Source: Oscillospiraceae bacterium (GTDB lineage Bacteria; Bacillota; Clostridia; Oscillospirales; Acutalibacteraceae). Taken from it: DNA of 46,335 nucleotides. The notes under the pieces were generated by a model. That model was not told the origin of the DNA. It worked only from the letters and a program-made list of their open reading frames with translations, and made no database searches. Each line of letters opens with the position of its first letter. The first letter of the stretch is position 1. The stretch lies in the NCBI GenBank assembly GCA_029013165.1, contig JAQXMV010000059.1, forward strand, positions 1 through 46,335. Reading direction: 5' to 3'. Below, in pieces: positions 17,748 through 24,979 of this stretch. Both the position numbers and the translations under genes were made by a program.

Positions 17748-18833
17748 ATGTCTAACAGACTGTTTCAGGGAATTATTCATCAGATGAAGGATGCCATCGA
17801 CCGTACGATCGGCGTTGTGGATAGCACGGGAACAATCGTGTGCTGCAGTGATCTCGGCAGAATCGGGGAAATGAATTTTGTCGACATGAAAGAGGTGCTT
17901 TCAAACGACGATGTCAAAGTCATATCCGGAAAGACCTTTCTTGCCATCGGTTCTCAGAATCATCCCGACAGCGCTATTTTTGTTGACGGAAACGATGACA
18001 ATGCCGCAAGCTATGCCAAGCTGATTGCCATTTCCCTGGGCGGCATCAAGCAGTATTACGATGTCAAATTTGACAGAAGCAACTTTATCAAGAATGTTAT
18101 TCTCGACAATATACTGCCGGGAGATATCTATCTCAAAACCCGTGAACTCGGCTTCAACAACGAGGTTTCACGCTGTGCCCTGCTCATCAGAACGGCAGAG
18201 AGAACCGATGTCTCTGTCAGCGAATCCATTCAGGCTCTTTTCCCGGACAAGAACAAGGACTTTGTCATCAATATCAACGAGACGGATATCGCCCTTGTCA
18301 AGGAGGTTCGCTCCGGCAATGATATCAAGGATCTTGAAAAGCTGGCAAGAAGCATTGTGGATTCCCTCCATACGGAATATTATGTCAATGCCGTCATCGG
18401 TATCGGTACGATTGTCACGGGCATCAAGGATCTGCCCCGTTCCTTCAAGGAGGCACAGATCGCCCTGGAGGTCGGAAAGGTTTTCGACACCGAAAAGACC
18501 ATTGTAACCTACGAGAATCTCGGCATCGCAAGACTGATTTATCAGCTTCCCACAACCCTGTGTGAAATGTTCCTCAAGGAGATCTTCAAGAAAGGCTCCA
18601 TTGTCGGTCTGGATCATGAAACCCTCTTTACCATTCAGAAGTTCTTTGAGAATAACCTCAATGTTTCCGAGACTTCCAGAAAGCTCTTTGTTCACAGAAA
18701 CACCCTCGTCTACAGACTGGAAAAGATCAAAAAGCTCACCGGTCTTGATCTGCGTGAGTTTGACGACGCGATTGTGTTCAAGGTCGCCCTGATGGTTAAG
18801 AAGTATCTGGATGCCAAGCCGGTGAAATATTGA
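17748..18833 (+). CDS. PucR/CdaR-family transcriptional regulator (sugar-diacid-regulator-like)
   Basis: GGAGGG RBS at 17732-17737 precedes the ATG at 17748. The C-terminal HTH reads NVSETSRKLFVHRNTLVYRLEKIKKLTGLDLREFDD, typical of PucR_C. Confidence 0.8.
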   Translation: MSNRLFQGIIHQMKDAIDRTIGVVDSTGTIVCCSDLGRIGEMNFVDMKEVLSNDDVKVISGKTFLAIGSQNHPDSAIFVDGNDDNAASYAKLIAISLGGIKQYYDVKFDRSNFIKNVILDNILPGDIYLKTRELGFNNEVSRCALLIRTAERTDVSVSESIQALFPDKNKDFVININETDIALVKEVRSGNDIKDLEKLARSIVDSLHTEYYVNAVIGIGTIVTGIKDLPRSFKEAQIALEVGKVFDTEKTIVTYENLGIARLIYQLPTTLCEMFLKEIFKKGSIVGLDHETLFTIQKFFENNLNVSETSRKLFVHRNTLVYRLEKIKKLTGLDLREFDDAIVFKVALMVKKYLDAKPVKY

Positions 18834-18937
18834 TAATCGCTTCTTCCGGCGCAGCCGGGTGCCATTGCGGCGCTCTGCGCCCGCAGGTCTGCACCGCCGC
18901 AAGGCGGTGACACAAAATATTAAAGAGAGAGAGAAAT

Positions 18938-19792
18938 ATGATAGAATTTAACGGTGTGTCCATGCGATACAAAACCAACGGCGTTGTCGCTCTGGATAAT
19001 GTCAATGTGAAGATTGACAAGGGCGAGTTCGTTTTTATCGTCGGAGCCTCCGGCGCAGGCAAAAGCTCTTTCCTGAATGTTATTATGGGTCAGGAAAAGG
19101 TGGATGCCGGTTCGGTCATTGTCGGACCATATAATCTCCAGCGCATGAAGCGCAGGGATCTTCCCTATCTGCGCCGTATGCTGGGTATCGTTTTTCAGGA
19201 TTTTCGTCTCATTCCCAAAATGACCGTTTATGATAATATCGCTTTCGCTCTGCGCGTTATCGGCATGAGCGAAAAAAAGATCACGAAAAGAGTGCGTTAT
19301 GTTCTCAAGCTCGTGGATCTTTCCGATAAGCAGAAATGTCTGCCCAATCAGCTTTCCACCGGTGAAAGACAGAGAGTGGCCATTGCCCGCGCTCTGGTCA
19401 ATAATCCCGGCGTCATCATTGCCGATGAGCCCACGGGAAACCTCGACCCGGTGCTTTCCAGTGACATCATGAGTCTTTTTGACAAGATCAATGCGCTGGG
19501 AGCGACGGTTGTGGTGGTTACCCATGACCTGGAGTTGGTGCATCAGTTCGACCACAGAATCGTTACCATTGAAAACGGTAAGATTATTTCCGATGTTCCG
19601 GCACGAAGCAGCGAGCGGATCACACCGCACAGACCGGGACCGATCAAGGCTGTTTCCGGCGAGAAAACGGAAGCTGCTGCTGAAGAGAAAAAAATAAATG
19701 AGCCGGAAAGTGAAAACACATCCGATTCGGATGAGCAGGAAGCTGCTGCGGCAGCATCACAGCAGGAGGATCAGACCAATGGCGAAGAATAA
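18938..19792 (+). CDS. ftsE: Cell-division ABC ATPase FtsE with an acidic C-terminal tail of about 57 aa
   Basis: Walker A GASGAGKSS, signature LSTGERQRVAIARAL and Walker B IIADEPTGNLD are present. It is followed by ftsX with a 14-nt overlap. Confidence 0.9.
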   Translation: MIEFNGVSMRYKTNGVVALDNVNVKIDKGEFVFIVGASGAGKSSFLNVIMGQEKVDAGSVIVGPYNLQRMKRRDLPYLRRMLGIVFQDFRLIPKMTVYDNIAFALRVIGMSEKKITKRVRYVLKLVDLSDKQKCLPNQLSTGERQRVAIARALVNNPGVIIADEPTGNLDPVLSSDIMSLFDKINALGATVVVVTHDLELVHQFDHRIVTIENGKIISDVPARSSERITPHRPGPIKAVSGEKTEAAAEEKKINEPESENTSDSDEQEAAAAASQQEDQTNGEE

Positions 19793-20726
19793 AAAAAATA
19801 AGCGTAAGTCTTCCGGCGGCCTGAACACCGGCTATCTGACGAGAATGGGTTTGCACAATCTTGTTGCCAACCGCAGTATGTCACTTTCGTCCATCAGTGT
19901 TCTGACGGCGTGTCTGCTGCTGATCGGCATTTCGCTGATTTTGCTGCTGAATATCCGTACTCTTGTCAAGGATGTTGAAAATCAGAATGTCGTGGTGGCT
20001 TTTGTCAAGGATGACATCGGAGATGAAGCCGTCGCCAAGGTGGGGGCCGATCTTTCCGCACTGCCCAATGTTGTGGGCGTTGAATTTGTATCCAAGGAAG
20101 AGGGCTATGCTCAGCAGCTGGAGGAATTCGGCGTTGAGCAGGGACTCTTCGATGATGTTATAGAAAATCCGCTTCCTCATTCCTATCGGATTTCCGTGAG
20201 TAATCTGGAGGATTTCAACACGACCCTCGCCGCCATCGAAGCGGTGGAAAATGTGGAATCGGTGAGAGAAAGTCAGGAACTGGTCAATCAGATTTCTACT
20301 CTGCAGAGCTCCGTGACGGCGATCTGTCTTGTTCTGGTCATTGTGCTCGGACTGGTCTCTCTGTTCATTATTTCCAACACCATTCGTATCACCATGGTTT
20401 CCAGAAAGATCGACATACAGGTTATGAAGAGCGTCGGCGCCACCAATCTTTTCATCTGCTGGCCCTTTATGATCGAGGGTGTTGCCATCGGACTGATTGC
20501 CGGTATCATCGCTTTGGGTATCACGATTGCGTTCCAGTACCTGGAGGGCAACGCACTGCAGTCCCTTTTTGCCATGTTCGGCTCTCATGTGGTGACCATT
20601 ATGGAGTATCTGCCGATTCTCATTGTCGGATATCTGTTCTCGGGTATCGTTATCGGCTCTCTGGGCAGTGTTGTTTCCATCAGAAAATATTTGAAAAAAG
20701 AGGGCAGCGAGGCCAACGATCTTTGA
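19779..20726 (+). CDS. ftsX: Cell-division permease-like protein FtsX
   Basis: AGGAGGA RBS at 19764-19770 precedes the ATG at 19779 (MAKNKKNKRK...). It has one TM helix, an extracellular domain and three C-terminal TM helices (FtsX fold). The track start at 19698 is rejected. Confidence 0.9.
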   Translation: MAKNKKNKRKSSGGLNTGYLTRMGLHNLVANRSMSLSSISVLTACLLLIGISLILLLNIRTLVKDVENQNVVVAFVKDDIGDEAVAKVGADLSALPNVVGVEFVSKEEGYAQQLEEFGVEQGLFDDVIENPLPHSYRISVSNLEDFNTTLAAIEAVENVESVRESQELVNQISTLQSSVTAICLVLVIVLGLVSLFIISNTIRITMVSRKIDIQVMKSVGATNLFICWPFMIEGVAIGLIAGIIALGITIAFQYLEGNALQSLFAMFGSHVVTIMEYLPILIVGYLFSGIVIGSLGSVVSIRKYLKKEGSEANDL

Positions 20727-20834
20727 TTTTTGTTTTGCCGGCGGGCATAATTCCTGAATTATGCCCGTACAGCTTTGTTACCATTCAGCAGCGGATGTTC
20801 ATTTTGTCCGCTTGCCAATAAGGGGGAGTATACA

Positions 20835-22202
20835 GTGAAAATAAAGATCATCTCTTTCCTTTTGTGTGTGAGCCTGACGGTTTCATGCCTTGTTTTCTCC
20901 TGCCCGCCGCTTTCTGCGCGGGCTGCCACCAAAAGTGAGCTTGAGGCTCAGATTGAAGAATATAACGCCAAAATCGAGGCAAACAAGAAGAAACTCGAGG
21001 AGCTGAAAAACCAAAAGGAAAAACAGCAGGAATACCTTGAGACGCTGGAAAAACAGATCGCTGACACCAAGGCTAAGGCGCAGGCCTATCAGACAGAGAT
21101 CAATCTGATCGACGGTGAGATTGATGCCCTCAACGCCAAGCTCAAGCAGATCAGCAATGAGATTTCCATTATCAACGAAAAGATTACGGCAACGAAAAAG
21201 ACGATTGCCGAAACACAGCAGGATATCGACGACTCTGCCGAAAGTATGTCGGCCCGTCTGCGAGCCGCCTATATGAAAGGCAGTGAATCCACGCTTAAGA
21301 TCCTCATGGGTGCCGATTCCCTTGCCGGCTTCATGACGCGCCTGGAGATGATCAAGCGAACCTCCGAAAAGGACAAGGAGACCATCAAGGCCTTTGAGGC
21401 CAAGGTGAAGAAGCTGGAGGCAGAGAAAAAGGCGCTGGAGGAAAGCAAGACGGAGCTCACTGCCAAAAAAACAGAGCAGGAGCAGAAAAAGACCGAGCTT
21501 GTGGAGAAAAAAACCGAGCTGAAAAAGAGAAAGCAGGAGCACGATAATGTCCGCGCCGCACTGGAAAAGAACTATGCGGAAATCGAAAGCTATGTTTCCA
21601 GTCTTGATAAGTCAAGCAGTGCTTATAAGAATTATATCAGTCAGCTTGAAAACGAAAAGAAACAGGCCAATGCGGAGATTGACCGCATCATCAGTCAGTA
21701 TTATGCCACCTCCCAAAAGCCGTCCACGACAAACGGTGCGTCCGGCACGAACACGGGAAACGGCGGCGGTTCCTATAACACCGGTGAAAGCTGGGCATGG
21801 CCTTTAGGAACCAGATGGTGCTATATCAGCAGTAAATACGGTTACCGCGACGCCAGCATTTCCGGCTGGTCCTTCCACGGCGGCATCGACATCGCCGGCG
21901 GCAACGGCCAGCTTTACGGCGCGCCGGTTTACGCCACCCGTTCCGGCAGAGTCATTACGGCCGTGACCAGCGACAGAGGCTACGGCATTTATGTCATCAT
22001 CGACCACGGCGACGGTTATTCAAGCCTTTACGGCCACATGTCTGTCCGCTATGTCAGCACCGGCGACAGCGTCAGCAAGGGTCAGATGATTGGCCGCGTG
22101 GGTGATACGGGAAATTCAAAGGGCGCCCATCTGCATTTTGAGGTCAGATATTACGGCGAAAAGAAGAATCCCCTGAATTATGTGAAGAATCCGAACGGAT
22201 AA
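20835..22202 (+). CDS. Secreted coiled-coil M23 (LytM-type) metallopeptidase, paralog 1
   Basis: GGGGGAG RBS precedes the GTG at 20835. It has a signal peptide, about 270 aa of heptad-rich coiled coil, then an M23 domain with HGGIDI (His codon 21876-21878) and HLHFE (22128-22142). Confidence 0.85.
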   Translation: MKIKIISFLLCVSLTVSCLVFSCPPLSARAATKSELEAQIEEYNAKIEANKKKLEELKNQKEKQQEYLETLEKQIADTKAKAQAYQTEINLIDGEIDALNAKLKQISNEISIINEKITATKKTIAETQQDIDDSAESMSARLRAAYMKGSESTLKILMGADSLAGFMTRLEMIKRTSEKDKETIKAFEAKVKKLEAEKKALEESKTELTAKKTEQEQKKTELVEKKTELKKRKQEHDNVRAALEKNYAEIESYVSSLDKSSSAYKNYISQLENEKKQANAEIDRIISQYYATSQKPSTTNGASGTNTGNGGGSYNTGESWAWPLGTRWCYISSKYGYRDASISGWSFHGGIDIAGGNGQLYGAPVYATRSGRVITAVTSDRGYGIYVIIDHGDGYSSLYGHMSVRYVSTGDSVSKGQMIGRVGDTGNSKGAHLHFEVRYYGEKKNPLNYVKNPNG

Positions 22203-22216
22203 GGAGTGAGTTTTCG

Positions 22217-23614
22217 GTGAAAAAGAGAATACTATGTATTTTGCTGTGTTTCACCGTGGTGATCGCATCGCTGACCCTCGTCAGACCGCAGTTGACTGCT
22301 TCGGCGGCAACGAAAAGTGAACTGGAAGATAAAATCGACGAGATTGACGATGAGATCGCAGCAAACAAAAAGAAGCTCGAAGAGCTGAAAAACAAAAAGG
22401 AAGCGCAAAAAGAATATCTTGATACCCTCAAGAGCCAGATCGACGCTGTGGAAAGCAAGGCGACCAACCTGAAAACGCAGACCCAGGTGATCGACAAGGA
22501 AATTGACGCCCTTGATGTTCAGCTCAAACAGCTCGGCAGTGAAATCTTCATTATTGAGGAAAACATTACCAAAACACAAAACAGTATCAAAACTACCCAA
22601 AAAAACATCGAGGAGTCGAGCGATTTGCTGGCGGCCCGACTTCGCGCGGCATATATCGGCGGAAATGAGTCAACACTGAAAATACTCATGGGCTCCGATT
22701 CTCTTGCCACTTTCCTGACGCGCCTGGAAATGATGAAGCGCGTTTCCGAGAATGACAAAAAGATCATCAACGACTTTAAGGAAAAGGTGGAAAAGCTCAA
22801 GAAAGAGAAAGCGGAGCTGGAAGCGGACAAAGCAGAGCTTGCCAGCAAAAAAAGCGAAGTTGACATCAAAAAAGATGAAAAGGTCACCACCAAAAATGAG
22901 CTGACCGCCAAGCAAAAGGAATATAAGCAGACGGTGACAGAGCTCGAGAGCAAATACGCCGAGATCGAAGAATATATCGAGAAGATCGACAAGTCCAGTG
23001 CTGCCTATAAGGCTTATATTTCCGAGCTGGAGCAGGAAAGAAAAGCGGCGGACGCCGAGATCGACCGGATCCTCAGTGAGTATTACGCCACCTCGAAAAA
23101 GCCCTCCACCACACTCAGCGGCGCCAACGCCAATCCCACCACCCAGCCCGGTTCCTCCTCAGGTGGCTCCTCGTCGGGATCCTCTGCCGATTCCTCTTAT
23201 AACAGCTCGGCAAGCTGGGCATGGCCCCTGGGCAATGCCTCCTGCTATATCAGCAGTCCCTACGGCTACCGAAGCGCCAGCATTTCCGGCTGGTCCTTCC
23301 ACGGCGGTACCGATATCACCGGCGGCGGAATTCACGGCAAGGGTGTTTATGCCTCTCGTGCCGGCAGGGTCATTACGGCTGTTACCAGCAACAGCGGTTA
23401 CGGAATCTATGTGCTGATTGATCACGGAGACGGCTATTCCAGTCTCTACGCTCATATGTCCGCGCGCTATGTCAGCGCCGGCGACACGGTCAGCAAAGGA
23501 CAGATGATCGGCCGGGTCGGTTCCACGGGCAACTCCACCGGACCGCATCTTCATTTTGAGATACGCTATTACGGCGAAAAGAAAGATCCGATGAACTATG
23601 TCAAAAAGCCGTGA
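22217..23614 (+). CDS. Secreted coiled-coil M23 (LytM-type) metallopeptidase, paralog 2
   Basis: Collinear with paralog 1: AATKSELE...LKILMG.DSLA.F..RLEM.KR...M23. It adds a Ser/Gly-rich linker. HGGTDI and HLHFE are intact. A 33-nt identical block links 23275-23307 and 21851-21883. Confidence 0.85.
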   Translation: MKKRILCILLCFTVVIASLTLVRPQLTASAATKSELEDKIDEIDDEIAANKKKLEELKNKKEAQKEYLDTLKSQIDAVESKATNLKTQTQVIDKEIDALDVQLKQLGSEIFIIEENITKTQNSIKTTQKNIEESSDLLAARLRAAYIGGNESTLKILMGSDSLATFLTRLEMMKRVSENDKKIINDFKEKVEKLKKEKAELEADKAELASKKSEVDIKKDEKVTTKNELTAKQKEYKQTVTELESKYAEIEEYIEKIDKSSAAYKAYISELEQERKAADAEIDRILSEYYATSKKPSTTLSGANANPTTQPGSSSGGSSSGSSADSSYNSSASWAWPLGNASCYISSPYGYRSASISGWSFHGGTDITGGGIHGKGVYASRAGRVITAVTSNSGYGIYVLIDHGDGYSSLYAHMSARYVSAGDTVSKGQMIGRVGSTGNSTGPHLHFEIRYYGEKKDPMNYVKKP

Positions 23615-23763
23615 TAAGACACCGAGACCCGGAGAAAGCAGTTTGCTTTTCTCAGAAGTTTAAAGTATAGTAATCAGTTTTGAGAGGTATAGTTTTCCTA
23701 TCCCTCTCATACTGTGTTTTATGCCGGTTCAGCATGAAAAGCATAGGCTTGAAAGGGAGTGGT

Positions 23764-24942
23764 ATGAGAATGCACAAGAAAGTATCTCTCGGTCTGACCA
23801 TCGGTCTGATCATCATTTTCTGCGCGCTGACAGCCGCAGGCACCACTGCTGTGATCACGAAAAAATACAACACCATCCTCGGCGGTATTCCGCAGAGAAT
23901 GAAACAATATGAAATCCTCGATGAAGTCATCGAAACTTTAGAGAAAAGCGGCAGCTACGAAGAAAATCTTCGTTTCGGTTCTGCGGCGGCAAAGGCCTTT
24001 GTTGCCGGATTGGACGGAAGCGAATATCTGACTGCCGATGAATACAGAGCCTATCGGCAGAGTGTCAGCGGAAAAATGACCGGGATCGGTGTGAAATATA
24101 TCCGCGGCAACAAGGGCACGATCAAAATTACTGCCGTCAGTCCCGGCTCTCCTGCGGAAAGCGCAGGACTGAAAAAAAATGATGTGATTGTCGCCTTTGA
24201 CGGGATCAAGATCACAGAAAAGAATTACGCTGAAATGTCAGCCAAGCTCACTGATGACAAGCTCTCTCAGCTGAGTCTGATCTATGAAAGAGACGGCAGG
24301 GAGAAAAGTCTCACGCTGCCCATGGGATATGAGGCGCAGTCCGTGTCAACTGGCGTCTACGAAAATGTGGGTTATATTGCTGTCAGCGGTTTTTATACCG
24401 GCACACCGGCCAAAATCTCGGAAGCACTGGAGAGCTTTACGCTTTCCGGGGTCGCCGCTGTTGTTCTTGATCTGCGGGGAAATGACGGTGAAAACTGCGA
24501 TATTGCCGTTGAGGCGCTGGATCTTTTTGTGCCGATGTCCGCCACGGACAGACCGGCCGTCAAGGCCGTCGATGCCAAGGGTAAGACCGTCAAGGAGTAT
24601 TCCACGGCGTCGGGAGAGATCAATTTGCCGCTGGGGGTACTGATCGACGCGGAAACCGCCTGTGCGGCGGAGGTTTTTGCCGCCTCGCTTCGCGATTTCG
24701 GCAAGGCGGAGATCTTCGGCGGTGAGAACAGTGCCGGCAACAGCCGTTATCTGCGTGATTTTGAGCTTTCCGACGGTTCGGGACTGATCCTGAACCTGGG
24801 CTCTCTGGTACCCATGGGAGGCGAAAGCTATGATTCCGTGGGAATCACACCGGATTATACAATAAAAGATGCCGAAAAAGCGGCAATATTCAAAGAGGAC
24901 AGACTCTTTCTTTACGCCGTGTCCGTTCTGACGCGGCAGTGA
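23764..24942 (+). CDS. S41 (C-terminal processing peptidase, Ctp)-like protein with PDZ domain; catalytic dyad apparently substituted
   Basis: GGGAG RBS precedes the ATG at 23764. It has an N-terminal TM anchor, a PDZ-like segment (ITAVSPGSPAESAGLKKNDVIVAFDG) and S41 core blocks (VVLDLRGNDGE, GITPDY). The expected GSASASE...FGKG reads ETACAAE...SAGN. Confidence 0.8.
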   Translation: MRMHKKVSLGLTIGLIIIFCALTAAGTTAVITKKYNTILGGIPQRMKQYEILDEVIETLEKSGSYEENLRFGSAAAKAFVAGLDGSEYLTADEYRAYRQSVSGKMTGIGVKYIRGNKGTIKITAVSPGSPAESAGLKKNDVIVAFDGIKITEKNYAEMSAKLTDDKLSQLSLIYERDGREKSLTLPMGYEAQSVSTGVYENVGYIAVSGFYTGTPAKISEALESFTLSGVAAVVLDLRGNDGENCDIAVEALDLFVPMSATDRPAVKAVDAKGKTVKEYSTASGEINLPLGVLIDAETACAAEVFAASLRDFGKAEIFGGENSAGNSRYLRDFELSDGSGLILNLGSLVPMGGESYDSVGITPDYTIKDAEKAAIFKEDRLFLYAVSVLTRQ

Positions 24943-24979
24943 GGTTTGCATAAAAAATATCGGAAAGGAGAGATGAACC

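Noticed and set aside
18834-18937. GC-rich structured spacer between the PucR-like gene and ftsE (GGCGCAG...CTGCGCC; CACCGCC-GCAA-GGCGGTG), considered as a possible riboswitch.
   Set aside because: It is too short (about 100 nt) and resembles no riboswitch core I know. It is most simply a U-tract-poor terminator or stabiliser hairpin.
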